From positions 8,370,001 to 8,434,000 of the forward strand of contig OZ024746.1 of NCBI GenBank assembly GCA_964016885.1: DNA of 64,000 nucleotides. The letters are read 5' to 3'. Shown here one piece after another: positions 13,455 through 28,422 of this stretch (its first letter is position 1; each line of letters opens with the position of its first letter). The notes beneath the pieces are model-generated. The model was given only the letters and a program-made list of their open reading frames with translations. It did not search any database and had not been told where the DNA came from. A program made the translations under genes and the position numbers. This DNA is from Eledone cirrhosa (taxonomy: Eukaryota).

Positions 13455-14620
13455 AATTTAAGGTCACTATTTGTTTTTTGGAAGGAAGTGAGATATAGTC
13501 ATGACTCGTACACTGTTCATTTTCCTGACATTTGTACATTTTTCTATGTACTATACATGCACCTTTGATGAGTTGTAATGCACCTGAGCACTGTACACAA
13601 TAATTATTATTAATCAGCAAGATTGCTTAACTTGAATGCTGCTATATTTTATCGACTCTGGAAAGATGAAAGGTAAATTGAACCTTGATAGTATTTGAGC
13701 TCAGGATATAAAAATGTTATATCTAGGTACTACGATTTGTCTTGTCCGCCATATTGCATCTGAAAGGTTGTCACATTGTCTAGACTTTTCTTTCTATTCG
13801 CCTTAGGAATTGTACTGCCCAAGAAGCATAATTCGACCAAAATTGAGAGTTATGTCCCCTTCTTCACATTATCACTTATTTCTCGCAGCCCATTAATTTT
13901 GCCCGATGAATATACGGCACAAAACAAATGTACGCTATGTGAATTCAAACTCATAGCAAGTTCTTGAAATTTAAGTAGCGTATTTGTATATCTTAAGTAC
14001 TGTGTAAAGATTATATGTAACTCTACCACTGAGTTTACTGTATTTGTTAAATTTTCAGTCAGTTACACACACACACACACACACACACATGCGCGCGCGC
14101 GCACACACACACAATGGGCATAATAATGGATATAACAAAATCAACAATAAGAGAGATTAAGATAAAAGTTAATGTTTATTAATTTGATGTTCAGATAAAC
14201 GATAAAGGTTTTTTGACGTTTCGGACATAGAGCGTTCTTCGGAAATATATAAGTTAAGAAAGTCAACAATGTCACTTTACACACATGCTAATATCATTGT
14301 CATATTAGAATTAACGGGAAGAACGAATGCAGAAGAAAGCGCTTTCTCAAGACCTAAAGAGAGAATTGGAAAGACGTGTGTCTGTGTAAGTACCTGTGTG
14401 TGTGCGTGTGTGTGTGTTAAAGTTGACTGCATTTATATCGGTTAGTTTTAGTGTGTTGTGCGTTTGTCTGGTGTATATGTGTATATGAATGTGTATTTGT
14501 TGATATTTGTGTGTGTTTGTGTGATGTTTTTTGTGTATGTATATATCGTTCGTTTTAGAATATGTATCTTTTATTTTGCATGTGTGTGTGCAGTGTGTGT
14601 GTGTGCAGTGAGTGTGTGTA

Positions 14621-14696
<76 letters not shown>

Positions 14697-14883
14697 ATAC
14701 CGTATTGATATGTATGCGTGTGTACTATTGTGTTGTGTGTGTATAACGGAAGTGTGTACCATATCAGTGCCGACGTGTGTGTTTATGTGTATCGTGAGTG
14801 TGTTGGAAGATTCAAGGAAGATGGTAAAGAAAAAAGGCTTTTGGAATAAAAGAGATAAAACTTACAAAGTCTACACTATCCAA

Positions 14884-15018
14884 ATCGACCCCAGTGTGTT
14901 ACTGGTACTTTATTTTATCAACGCCATAAGGATGAAAGGCAAAGCTAACAACGACAGAATTTGAACTCAGATCATAAAGGGCCGTAACTCTCCCCCGATA
15001 CTACCAACGCATCGCCCT
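14884..15018 (-). mobile_element. SINE family A, diverged
   Basis: CTGGTACTTTATTTTATC..GGATGAAAGGCAAAG..GAATTTGAACTCAG. Confidence 0.75.
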
Positions 15019-15704
15019 TACACCAATTATTAATATATTTTCGTGTTGGCCATCGTCTAGTGATACAAAGAAATTTGGAAGAAAGATATTATATTTCTGT
15101 AGAAGACGATGAAAATAATTCCTCCCACCCAACATTCCGAGTATATTTAGTCTACAAGTGTTTCGATTTAAGATACACTGACATGATTCAGCCTCTTATT
15201 ATCTCTTACCAGTGCCGAAATATTTTATTAGTGGCTTACAGAATATTTGGTGAGTTATGATGAATTGTACCGAAACCTACTGAACAGGGTGTTGTGTAAA
15301 TACACACTCTGTCTCTCTCCACACACACACACACTCACTCACACACATATACACACACACACACGCACACTCACTCTGTCTCACACACACTCACACATAC
15401 ACACACACATACACACACACGCACACACACTCACACACACACATACACACACACGCACACTCACCCTGTCTCACACACACTCACACATACACACACACAT
15501 ACACACACACATGCACACACACACACTCACATACACATATATGTGTGTGTATGTGTGCGTGCGTGTGTGTGTGTGTGTATGTGTGTGTGTGTGTATGTGT
15601 ATGTATGTGTGTGTGTGTATGTGTGCGTGTGTGTGTATGTGTGTTCTAACAGAGTAACGGAATATCCAGTTTTCACTATATGGTTTAAGAATCTTTCCAT
15701 TAAC

Positions 15705-15740
<36 letters not shown>

Positions 15741-15766
15741 CACCACCACCACCACCACCACTCCTC

Positions 15767-15865
<99 letters not shown>

Positions 15866-16101
15866 TTACAACTACTACCACCACTAACACCACTGCCTCC
15901 ACTACCACCACTACCACCACCACTACTACTACCACTCCCACCACTACCCCCACTACCACTACTACTACTACCAACACTACCACCACCACTACTACCACCA
16001 CCACCACCACCACCACCACCACTACTACTACTATTACTACTACTACTACCACCACTACCACCACCACTACTACTACTTCTACCACCACCACCACCACCAC
16101 T

Positions 16102-16156
<55 letters not shown>

Positions 16157-16478
16157 GAATCTATCATTCGATCACCATCTATATATTTTTGCAATAAACT
16201 TTTCTGATAAGCCGAGTCTGTGGCCCAGTTTCCATTTTATTTTTCGATTGAAATTATTTCAGTACAAATACATTGCAAATAGGAAAAAGTGTTATATGAG
16301 ATATTAATCTTTACAAAAGGTGCGAAAGTTATAAATTCCATATTTTCTTCAGTCTGAACGATGAAATATATATTTCCTTCGTTTCTAATGCTTCAAATGA
16401 AAACCATTTATAATTTCAAAAATGACATGTTGACAAAAACGACACCTTATAAAATTGTATAGACGTCATCATGGTCGT

Positions 16479-16870
16479 AATGGCGCATGCGTGGTTAGGT
16501 GGTTAGGAATTGGATTTGCAATCGTGAGCTTGCAAGTTCGATTCCCGGACCAAGCGATGAATTATGTCCTTGAACAAGGCACTTTATTTCATGTTACTCT
16601 TTCTGCCAGGGATTTCTACCGGTTGATAGTTCAGCAATGAAAGGCGCATGGCTTTGCAATCGAAAGGTTGTGAGTTCAATTCTCGGACCAGGTGATGTGT
16701 TGTTTCCTTGAGCAAGACACTTTATTTCACGTTGCTCCAGTTTACTGAGCTGTAGAAATGAGCTGATAGGACTAGGGTCCCTATCATTAAATTACCCAAG
16801 ACACCTCCAACGAGATATACCTTGGAGGAGGCCAGCTAAACCTGCATAGGTGGGAGCTGTCACACACACA
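16479..16870 (+). mobile_element. Two adjacent family B SINEs
   Basis: A diverged copy at about 16479-16600 and a young copy at about 16638-16870. Confidence 0.8.
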
Positions 16871-17141
16871 ATGAAAGGAGCCACAGAATCATAATTTCCT
16901 TGGTCCCTTTGGAGTTTCCCTTGACTCGGTAAACGAATGAAGTCCGAGATCTTGTTGATCGATTCAATTGATGGCCGTGTGATCAAGCTGTTTGTTTTTG
17001 CAATGAAGTCGTTCCGTGTCCATCCCACCCCACGGCACTTTGTGCAAGTGACTCCTGTCATAGCTGAATATTCCTGAGACCTCCACGTGTCTGTGTGGAA
17101 CGCTCAGCCACTTCTTATACGTTAATTTCATGAGCAGACAG

Positions 17142-17856
17142 ATAGAGAGATAGATATATTTCTTTATTTGCCACAAGGGCGCACAAGAAAAGGGGACAAT
17201 ACAAAGACACATGCTGGGGATTTTACATACAGTCGGGTAAAAATATGAAACAAACAGATATAACAATCGAAATCCCCAATAGGGGGGAGGCGCCACAAAT
17301 GGGTTGTTTAATACCCCGTAGATAGAACAACCCTCAACTTCAGGAGCGTGTTGTGCAAGTGCTCCCATCTTCCTTTTGCTCTCTTCTTCAACCTACAGGT
17401 TTATAAACAGAGAAGGCCCAATCACTCGGGCCATTTTTTGGCTACATTCACCCACCTTTCAGTAAATTTACTGGGGTGCAGTGCCTCTCTCTCCACTGTG
17501 ATTCTCCTTCTAAAGTGATACTTAAAGAAGGAAATGAATTGTTGTCCGGAGAGAAAGGCATCTGTCTTCAGTTCTCTCAATCTCGTCCACCATATAACTT
17601 CTTTCACCATAGCCACTGTACAGAGGAAAACCGCCTCTCTTTCGTTTTTGAAAGAAGTTGGCGGTTTGATCTTTACTATGGACTCGGCAGTCAACTGGAT
17701 TTGTCCCACACGCAACAGCAGTTGTTCTGCGTAGTTCCACAGGTCAGTTACGCCCGGGCAGTGTACAATTGCTGCAGGACGGTTTCAATGTCCTGCGCGC
17801 ATCTTGGACACGTCCTCTTGGAAGGATCTCTGTCGGGGCGTACGTGCCTGTAGATC
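17142..17856 (-). mobile_element. Tx1/L1-clade LINE 3' fragment (ORF2 zinc-knuckle C-terminus plus 3' UTR)
   Basis: Minus-strand CPRCAQDIETVL and ..MVKEVIWWTR..FFKYHFRRRITVERE..FTERW; AATAAA plus microsatellite tail. Confidence 0.7.
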
Positions 17857-18700
17857 TGGTGGAAGTGGTGGTGGTGGTGATCGTAGTGGTGATGAGAGTG
17901 GTGTTGGTGGTGACAGTGGTAGTGGTAGTGGTAGATGCGGTAGTGGTGGTGATCGTAGTGGTGATGACAGTAGTGGTGGTGGTGACAGTGGTAGTGGTAG
18001 ATGCGGTAGTGGTGGTGGTGGTGATGACAGTGGTGGTGGTGGTAGTGGTGGCTGTGGTAGTGGTGGTAGTGGTGGTGGTGGCGGCGGTGGTAGTGGTGGC
18101 TGTGGTAGTGGTGGTAGTGGTGGTGATGGCGGTGGTAGTGGTGGCTGTGGTAGTGGTGGTGGTGGTGATGACAGTGGTGGTGGTAGTGGTGGCTGTGGTA
18201 GTGGTGGTAGTGGTGGTGGTGGTGGTAGTGGTGTTTGTGGTAGTGGTAGATGCGGTAGATGCGGTAGTGGTGGTAGTGGTGGTAGTGGTGATAGTGGTGG
18301 TGGTAGTGGTAGATGCGGTAGTGGTGGTGGTGGTGTTGACAGTGGTGGTGGTAGTGGTGGCTTTGGTAGTGGTGGTAGTGGTGGTGGTGGTGGTAGTGGT
18401 GGCTGTGGTAGTGGTAGATGCGGTAGATGCGGTAGTGGTGGTAGTGGTGGTAGTGGTGATAGTGGTGGTGGTAGTGGTAGATGCGGTAGTGGTGGTGGTG
18501 GTGTTGACAGTGGTGGTGGTAGTGGTGGCTTTGGTAGTGGTGATAGTGGTGGTGGTAGTGGTAGATGCGGTAGTGGTGGTGGTGGTGTTGACAGTGGTGG
18601 TGGTAGTGGTAGTGGTGGTAGTGGTGATAGTGGTGGTGATAGTGGTGGTGGTGGTGATAGTGGTGGTGGCTGTGGTAGTGGTGGCTGTGGTGGTGATAGC
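17857..18700. repeat. (GGT/AGT)n trinucleotide array; similar arrays at 8370-8850, 15703-16155, 47659-48440, 52130-52520 and 55955-56570
   Basis: Direct inspection. Confidence 0.95.
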
Positions 18701-19072
18701 AGTTATAGCGGGGACGAGAGACCCGACAACGGTATAGTTTAAATAAGTGGATCTGAAGTAGTAGACTAACTAATGTAACTAGTAAAAACGTAATTAAATT
18801 ATTAGTTATAAAGGTATAGGGACATAACTAAGGAATTCTAAAGCTGTCTGCTACAGTTTCCGGCATCTTTTCCATCTATTATCACGACCGGATATTTTGA
18901 AATTGTTTTGCCGTTGATTCACATATAGTTTGGATTTTAAGACGAACGCCACGTGTATTCCGTCGTTCTCTTATTCTTGTTCCTATTCTCTCTCTTATAC
19001 TTCTGTAATTCAATTAGAATAAAAGCCAGGCTACTGAGAAACAATCGTTAGAGTATAGGTCAGCTTCAAATT

Positions 19073-19177
<105 letters not shown>

Positions 19178-19604
19178 CATACACTTGCACACACAGACAG
19201 ACACACACACAGACTCACACACAGAAAATCACACACACACTCACACACACACATACACGCACTCACACAGACAATCACGCACACACATTCATATACACAC
19301 ATACACAGACAGACACACACAGACAGACAGAAACACAGATAGACAAACACGGACACACACACATACACTCGGTTGAAAATTCACAGGCCGACAAATTCAA
19401 TGGCTGACCAGGATACTCTCATGGAATGACAAAATGAGGTTCATTTTTCAACATAGTTGAAAGAAACAATACAGTTATTGATAAGAAGAGTTGAAATTAA
19501 TGCATGCAAGATTTCACAGCACTAGCATCACTCCTTCAAAGTCAGTCTATGACAGAGTCGACTGTTGGAATCGAACACACATCTGCCACATGCCAGACGG
19601 CCAC

Positions 19605-20207
19605 GTTACCATTACACCAAAGAGAGGTTACCATTACACCAAAGCGAGGTTACCATTACACCAAAGAGAGGTTACCATTACACCAAAGAGAGGTTACCAT
19701 TACACCAAAGCGAGGTTACCATTACACCAAAGAGAGGTTACCATTACACCAAAGAGAGGTTACCATTACACCAAAGAGAGGTTACCATTACACCAAAGAG
19801 AGGTTACCATTACACCAAAGAGAGGTTACCATTACACCAAAGAGAGGTTACCATTACACCAAAGCGAGGTTACCATTACACCAAAGAGAGGTTACCATTA
19901 CACCAAAGAGAGGTTACCATTACACCAAAGCGAGGTTACCATTACACCAAAGAGAGGTTACCATTACACCAAAGAGAGGTTACCATTACACCAAAGCGAG
20001 GTTACCATTACACCAAAGAGAGGTTACCATTACACCAAAGCGAGGTTACCATTACACCAAAGAGAGGTTACCATTACACCAAAGAGAGGTTACCATTACA
20101 CCAAAGAGAGGTTACCATTACACCAAAGCGAGGTTACCATTACACCAAAGCGAGGTTACCATTACACCAAAGCGAGGCTGACCATTACACCAAAGCGAGG
20201 CTGACCA
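19605..20207. repeat. 22-bp minisatellite, about 27 copies
   Basis: GTTACCATTACACCAAAG(A/C)GAG head-to-tail with no spacers. Confidence 0.97.
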
Positions 20208-20587
20208 CTTACCTGTCGACCATAGTCAGCTGTTCTATTTTGAAGTGTTGATTTCTTGATCATTTTATCTTGTGTATTAGAGAGAGAGGAGGAGAGGAGA
20301 AAGAGGAGAGAAAAAGATGGGTGAATGAGAGAGAGAGAGAGGGAGAGGGAGAGGGAGAGAAGAGTAAGAGTGAGAGAAAGATAGGTGAAAGAGAAAGAGA
20401 GAGAGAGGGAAAGAGAGAGAGATAGGGTGGGAGAGAGAGAGGGAGGGAGAGAGAGAAGAGTGAGAGTGAGAGAAAGATGAGTGAAAGAGAGTGATAGAGA
20501 AACAAATGGAGGGAAAGAGTGAGAGCGAGAAAGAAGAGAGAGAGAGTGTGAACGGAGTAATAGGGAGAGGGAGAGAAAAGGGAGGAA

Positions 20588-20631
<44 letters not shown>

Positions 20632-20787
20632 AGAGAGAGGGGAGAGAGAGAGAGAGAGAGCTAAACAGGAATGATAGAGATTTATAATTTATATAGTTTT
20701 GAAATGATGACGTAGGAAATAATAGATTCTCCAGCTAAACATACATTTATAAACAGCTGTTCACTACTATGTTGTTAGTATGTGGTA

Positions 20788-20826
<39 letters not shown>

Positions 20827-21214
20827 ATAATTGTGTGTTAATCGGGGCACAGTATTGATATACGGCGTTTCTCGAGCATTTAAAAAATATATATATATGT
20901 AGATAAATCTACCAAAATATACGGTAGTGTCCAATCCGTGTGAAGAACTCAATGTAATCCAAATATCATGAAAAGAGATGTATTCAAAAATTTTTTCGAT
21001 GAAAATCACAGGAAAACAGAGTCAAGATAAATTAATAAAAACAATGAATAAAAACAAAGAAACAGTTCCTTATATTAAAAAAATCATCATTTTACGATCG
21101 TTTCTAGGATATATATGTGTGTTGGTATGTATATCATATAGATCTATGTATAAGTTTTACAAACTATCAGAGGGAATATACATACCTACACATATATATG
21201 CTGTCTTCAGAAAT

Positions 21215-21400
21215 AATTGTTTCTACTTTTGGCACAAGGCCATCAATTACCCAGTGCATTACTGGTACTTTATTTTATCGACCCCGTAAGGATGAAAGGC
21301 AAAGTGAACCTCGGCGGGATTTGAACTCAGACCGTAAAGGACGTAACTATGCTGGAAAGCATAGCGTCCGACTCTCTACCGATACTGCCAATCCACCATG
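21215..21400 (-). mobile_element. SINE family A, full length, with TSD
   Basis: Reverse-complement copy; the direct repeat CTGTCTTCAGAAATAAT lies on both sides. Confidence 0.9.
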
Positions 21401-21992
21401 ACTGTCTTCAGAAATAATGATATTTGTTTATTGAAAAAAAACAATGAATCTAAATTCCTTAAAAGCGATAAGTGGTCAAGTTGATAGAATAGTAGTAGTA
21501 GAAATTTAATGTAGGGGTAGAGGAATGCAGACTTCAGTTTTGAATGGAAAGAATATTTTGAATGAAAAGATTACTTTGGGGATGAAACGAGGTCAAGCCG
21601 GTGAAAGGTACACGAAAATTTGATGTTATTAAAGAATAATGCTAATGTTAAAATCGAAGGAGAATAAAATTTTAGGATAAATGTGTTAGTGAGAAATACC
21701 AATCTTATTTAAAACATAAGGAATTTAGATCTATAAAAAGAAATTAAATTAATTTAATTGATACGTATATTTATAGGGATAAATTTATATTAATTCATAT
21801 AGATGTGATAAATAAGAGTTAGATGTTATTAAAGAATGTTGTTAAAAACGAAGGAAAAATTTTTTTTTGGATAAACGTATTAGTGAGAAATAACAAACTT
21901 ATATAGACTACAAGGAATTTAGATTCATTACAGGAAATTAAAATAGTTTATATGTATACTTATAGGTATTAATTTTAGGAAAATTATATATA

Positions 21993-22182
21993 TAATTGTG
22001 TCTACTTTTGGCACAAGGCCAGCAATTACCCAGTACATTACTGGTACTTTATTTTATCGATCCCGTAAGGATGAAAGGCAAAGTTAACCTCAGCGGGATT
22101 TGAACTCAGAATGGAAAGGGCTGTAACTCTATGCGTCAAATAATGGCGTCCGACCTTCTACCGAAACTGGCAATCTACCGCC
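21993..22182 (-). mobile_element. SINE family A
   Basis: Reverse-complement full copy. Confidence 0.85.
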
Positions 22183-22719
22183 TATGTATAATAGCTGACT
22201 AAACACACATGTGCTTTCTTCTGTTGACCCCCACCCCCATATATATATATGAACCACAGATTTTTCTTCTGCGTTCTTGCGGTGCTTTTCAAAAATGATT
22301 CATTAGTTGTGGTTTTCGACCATTGATTGATATTTAGCTTGGAGTTAGATACAATGAAACCCGGATTTACCTAAAACAGGCCTTGTTTACCTTAAAATCG
22401 AATCTCTTCACGTATTCAAGCCACAAACATCATTCATTTTACCCCAAAGAAACTATCACAGATGGCATCATGTGTTCCTTGTTTTAAGACGGAAGGTTGT
22501 GGTTTGAGGGAGCTTTGGTTATTATTTCGAGCATGGTAAATGGCCATATAAAAGCTCCATCGTCGATTATCATGCCATTAATTACTAACTCTGATATTTT
22601 TCGTACAACCTACTCAGGAACGTATATATATTATACAAATCCCGGAAATTAATCCTATATTTGCGCTAAAGTTTCTTATGAGATTAGAACAAAGCTAGAT
22701 TAAATTAAATAGTTTGTGG

Positions 22720-22991
22720 TAGTGCTTCCCAAACATTTATATTCACGGCGCATTTTTGAAAAAGTTTAAAAATATGATGGAGGCACTTTGTACCATAAAT
22801 TTGAAATTCTGCCATGTTTTGCAAATCTTGTTACTAAGCTTTTCTTGTTTGCTACTTTGACAGCTATAGCTAAACTTTCATAGGAATTTCAGATTGTATT
22901 TTTCACACCTTAAAACTTAGTCTTTTGCGGCGCATCTAGTTATATCTCGCGATGCGTCAGTGCAACGTGACACACGGTTTGGGAACTACTG
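22720..22991. mobile_element. hAT-like MITE
   Basis: TIRs TAGTGCTTCCCAAAC / GTTTGGGAACTACTG; degenerate 8-bp TSD GTTTGTGG / GTCTATGG. Confidence 0.7.
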
Positions 22992-23117
22992 GTCTATGGT
23001 ATGCAATCAAATTTTAATGAGAGATATTCCTCCATGTAAAAATGACATCCCAACTTTTAAAGTTAAGTGATTTTTCACGTAAAATTTCGGTCTTAATCGA
23101 AATCTAACAAAAATATA

Positions 23118-23286
23118 TAATTGTTTCTACTTTAGGCACAAGGTCAGCAACTACCCAGTACATTACTGGTACTTTATTTGATCGACCCCGTAAGGATGAA
23201 AGGCAAAGTTAACCTCGGCGGGATTTGAACTCAGACCATAAAGGGCCGTAACTCATTGCTGCAAAGCATGGCGTTCGACCCTCTAC
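23118..23286 (-). mobile_element. SINE family A with TSD
   Basis: Reverse-complement copy flanked by AAAAATATATAAT repeats. Confidence 0.85.
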
Positions 23287-24165
23287 AAAAAATATATAAT
23301 ACTCTATAACAAGGGAACCTTCCATTCGTTGCCTCCCACCACTCACAGACTGAAGTAGGGATATATTTATGGGTAGTAGGGTCGTGTGTCAATGTGTAAA
23401 GCTACTAGGTGGAGAAATATATTGCTAAGACTGGAATATTACCAAAATATATACTTAGATAATAAGAGATTGCCTTTATGTTACATAGTTAATTGGACAT
23501 TGACAAGAAGGCCTATAAAATCATACTTATACTTACATTAACATTATCTTAGATTTTCTAACAGATGCTGTGCTCTGCATAAATATTTATCATTTAAACT
23601 ATTACACTACAAACAAATACACATCAGGAAAATTAGATTAGTCGTTTCAGTTAAATACAAAATTATATTTGATATAAACAAAACGTTTGTCTGTAGCTCT
23701 CTTCACGAATAGAATAAAAATATTATTCGTCTTTTGATGTCCATTCAGCTGCGAAATATGTAAATGCAATTTCTTATGTTTTTCCCTGTACAAAGTGAAT
23801 CTCAGAATCTTGTATATATATTCACATTTACGACGAACAGCTCTTCTTTCATTCATGTATTGTTCAAGACAGAATTATTTTCTAGTTTCAAATTGAAACT
23901 GGTGAATATATGTCTTCCACAACAGCAACACACATATACACATATCTCTATATGTATACACACACATACACACATACACATACACGGATATATATATATA
24001 TATATATATATATTGTTATGCTTTGGGAGGGTCATGTTGCCAATAAGAAACACACGCATCAGTTGCTTTCACTCAAATTTATTATAAATTAAATTTATAA
24101 ATTTAAGAATTTATAAATTTCCGGTTGGTTGGTTGGTTCCATAACCGGACGGTTGTTCATATATT

Positions 24166-24208
24166 GTCAAAGTTCTTTCGTCACACATTCTGTGACCTTT
24201 TCAGTGAC
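24166..24208 (-). ncRNA. Decayed minimal hammerhead motif
   Basis: Minus strand: GTCA-CTGAAAAG-GTCACA-gaatg-TGTGAC-GAAA-G-aa-CTT-TGAC. The core deviates from CUGANGA. A downstream AATAAA precedes a (TA)n terminus at about 24012. Confidence 0.55.
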
Positions 24209-24324
24209 TGGGGATTCTTTTCTTTGTTTTGTGCCTCTCCTTCGTTCTGTCCAACAAGATGGCGTAGGACATATATATATGTTAAAACTAGCTTTAACAG
24301 AATATCTATCTATCTATCGATCTA

Positions 24325-24422
<98 letters not shown>

Positions 24423-24445
24423 ATACTTTGGGAGGGTCATGTTGC

Positions 24446-24520
<75 letters not shown>

Positions 24521-24605
24521 ATCTATCTACCCCTCTCTCTCTCTCTCTATCTATCTACCTGTCTCTCTCTCTCTATTTATCTACCTGTCTCTATCTATCT
24601 ACCTG

Positions 24606-24649
<44 letters not shown>

Positions 24650-24659
24650 ACTCTCTCTA

Positions 24660-24692
<33 letters not shown>

Positions 24693-25012
24693 ACATGTAT
24701 CTCACCCTTTCTCTTCACCTACCTACTCAAACATATGTATTCTTATATTTCTGTTCCGCAGTTGAGAGAAGTCTTCAGTAAGTATCTATATATAATATAT
24801 ACTAGCAGTGTTCATTGCTGGAGACTTCCTGGCAAGTCAAAGAGTGCTGTATTCTTCTATACACAGTTAATTATATTGTATTCTCATGTAAGGTTTATTG
24901 TGCTTCCAGGTAAAAACGGCCAGACAACGGCGCTATAGCAATGCCGCCACCTCAGTATATGTATGTGAAAATATGCATTTGTAGATGTATATATGTATAT
25001 ATATGGTCTCTT

Positions 25013-25534
<522 letters not shown>

Positions 25535-26122
25535 TGTGTGCACACACAGGCGCACACAAGTATACACACCCACGCTCGCACACAAACAAACACAAACACA
25601 AACACACAGCCACACCCTTACAGATACATATACAGGATGTCCCCTCACCCCAAAATGTGTACACACTTCAACAGCATTCTATAAATATGTGTATACATAT
25701 TTTTGGGACACCCTGTATATATTTGTGTATGAATATATAACATTGCTTCCTATCTTGAATGCTTCCAGAAGCCTGAAACCCGTAAAGGAGCACAAGAATC
25801 GATTAATACAAGAATACATTAATGCGTACGGTCTTATATATGAGTAAAACGTTCTTTTATATTCGTTTATATGACTTAATTAGTTTATAATTCCAATCTC
25901 TTCGCATACATACATACACATACACACACACACACACACGCACATACGCACGCACACATATATACACACGCACACACAAACAAAGACACACACACACACA
26001 CATACCTCAGACACATGTATATGAGTGTAGTATGGCTGAATGGTTAAGATGTTCGCTAAGTGATATCTTAGGTAAATGTCATTTACCATAACTCCGTAAC
26101 GACCGAAGTTTCGTGAGTAGAA

Positions 26123-26381
26123 TTGTTGTTGTTGTTGTTGTTGTTGTTACAGCTCACACCTATGCAGGTTTAGCTGGCCCCCTCCAAGGTATATCTCGTT
26201 GGAGGTGTTTTGGGTGATTTAATGATAGGGACCCCAGTTCTATCATCTCATTTCTACAGTTGAGTGAACTGGAGCAACGTGAAATAAAGTGTCTTGCTCA
26301 AGGAAACAACACATCACTCGGTCCGAGAATTGAACTCACAACCTTTCGATTGCAAGCCCATTGCTCTAACCACTAAGCCAT
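26123..26381 (-). mobile_element. SINE family B with (AAC)n tail and TSD
   Basis: Reverse-complement copy with AGTAGAATT on both flanks. A further partial copy lies at about 26610-26730. Confidence 0.88.
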
Positions 26382-27244
26382 AGTAGAATTAATAACTAAA
26401 AAGAAACTGATTCACATGTTCAATGGAGTGTGTCTCTAATGACCGGTCTTGTTAACCCTTGCGTCACGCTGAATCTCCCTGAGAATGTATAAAAAACATT
26501 ACTAAATTTACAAACCTGTTTATACAAAAACAAAACATGGATTTTAACTCAGTTAATGGCTTGCAATAATGTGGTGTGGTATTGCTAATACTACCTTCTC
26601 CACGTAGAAGGAGCAACGTGAAATAAAGTGTCTTGCTCAAGGACACAACGCATCGCCCGGACTGGGAATTGAACTGACAACCTCACGATTGTGAATCCAG
26701 TTCTCTAACCAATCAGCCACACGCCTTCGCATAAAAAAATATATACATATACACCAGGTCCGAACACATCACTCCTTCATAAGTTGACCAAGATACTCTC
26801 ATGGAATGACCAAATCATGTTTATTTTTCAACATAGTCCCTGAAAAGAAACAATGCAGTTATTAATAAGAAGAATTGAAATTAATGCATGCAAGATTTCA
26901 CAGCCCTAGCATCTCCCCTTCATGGTCAGCCTATGAACTTGTCAGCCCACTCTCGTACCTCTATGAAACGTATGTACATATATTTTTCAATGTGTATTTT
27001 CTTGGAGATGTAAAATTCCAAGAATTGCGGAGGTGTTTCTAATTAACTTGACAGCATATTTCTTTCTTTAGATATTACATTTATTATATTTTGACAGTTA
27101 CACTGACAGAATTAAAACTATTTAATCCGTAGACATAATCTTAAAGACGAAAAGTGATCTACCTATGTCGACAAGAACCAATATGGTAGAGAGAACATCA
27201 AATCATTCTATATTTTGGCAAAGTATCTTTAATTGAAGAAACTG

Positions 27245-27410
27245 TTGTTGCTGTTGTTGTTGTTGTTGTTGTTGTTGTTCAAGGGTATCCGTCGGCTCTG
27301 ACGACGGATATTCCAGTTGTTTGATGAACGGAAGAGCCTGCTCGTGAAATTAACGTGCATGAACGTGGTTTAGCATCCACTGACACGTGACTCCTTAATG
27401 TCGTTCTCAA
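27245..27410 (-). mobile_element. Retroposon 3' end with (AAC)n tail
   Basis: CTGCTCGTGAAATTAACGTG is the reverse complement of the segment at about 17085-17140. Confidence 0.55.
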
Positions 27411-27636
27411 GCTGATTCAGTGTTCTCAGACCGATTCAGCGTCCCCAAGGTGATTCAGCGTTCTTAAGGTGATTCAGTGTTCTCAGGGTGATTCAGTGTC
27501 CCCAAGGTGTTTCAGTGTTCTCAGGGTGATTCAGCGTTCTTAAGGCGATTCAGTGTTCTCAGGGTGATTCAGTGTCCTGAAGGTGTTTCAGTGTTCTCAG
27601 GGTGATTCAGCGTTCTCAGGGTAATTCAGCGTTCTC
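27400..27636. repeat. 19-bp minisatellite, about 12 copies
   Basis: GTGATTCAGTGTTCTCAGG variants. Confidence 0.9.
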
Positions 27637-27811
27637 TGGAAAATATTGAAAAGTGAATAAGCTGGAGGGAGGGAGGATTATTTGAAACCCGAGAGTACGC
27701 AAAGAAAGAAGGAGAAAAGGTCTTACTACTGGAGTGACTAACAGACTAAACATGCAATGAATTAAGTAATTAAACACAACATATAGAATCAGATTTAAAT
27801 AGTGAATAGGA

Positions 27812-28217
27812 AGGTCGACTGGCAGTATCGGTAGAGCGTCAGACATCATACTTCGTGGCACAGAGTTACGGATCTTTACGTTTTGATTTCAAATTAACTT
27901 TCCTTTTCATACTTACGGTATCGATAAAATAAAGTACCTGTAACACACTGGGGTCGATTTAATCGACTCCCCCTTTCCCAAAATTATTGGCTTTCTGTCT
28001 AAATTAGAAACCATTATTAATGGTGAATGGCGGTGGATTGGCAATATCGGTAGAGGGTCGGACGCCATGCTTTGATGCATAGAGTTACAGCCCTTACCAT
28101 TCTGAGTTCAAATCCCGCCGAGGTTAACTTTGCCTTTCATCCTTACGGGGTCGATAGAATAAAGTACCAGTAATGCACTGGATAATTGCTGGCCTTGTGC
28201 CAAAAGTACAAAAATTA
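27812..28217 (+). mobile_element. Two tandem family A SINEs
   Basis: An older copy at about 27812-28016 and a younger copy at about 28026-28217. Confidence 0.85.
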
Positions 28218-28422
28218 ATGGTGAATACTGCGAAATATCGCCGACGGTATTGGCATATCAAAATGGCGGTGAAACATCGAAATAAATAGTCACCCTTAAT
28301 AAAAAACAAGCAAACAAGCACACACACGCACACACGCACATACATACATCACATGTATATGCGCACGCACCCTCTTGTGAGTGTGTGTTTGTGTGTACAC
28401 GCGGGCGTTTGTGTGTATATGT

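Noticed and set aside
17769-18742. Gly-rich and poly-Val ORFs (also 8345-8849, 15471-16194, 47604-48539, 55850-56636)
   Set aside because: These are trinucleotide microsatellites open in several frames, without supporting splice context.
19605-20207. CRISPR-like array or repeat-protein ORFs (225-237 aa)
   Set aside because: The 22-bp units are head-to-tail with no unique spacers and no cas genes nearby. The ORFs exist only because the unit lacks stop codons on the + strand.
25744-25792. Helix I/II plus GAAACCCGTA hammerhead-like arrangement
   Set aside because: There is no recognisable CUGANGA core.
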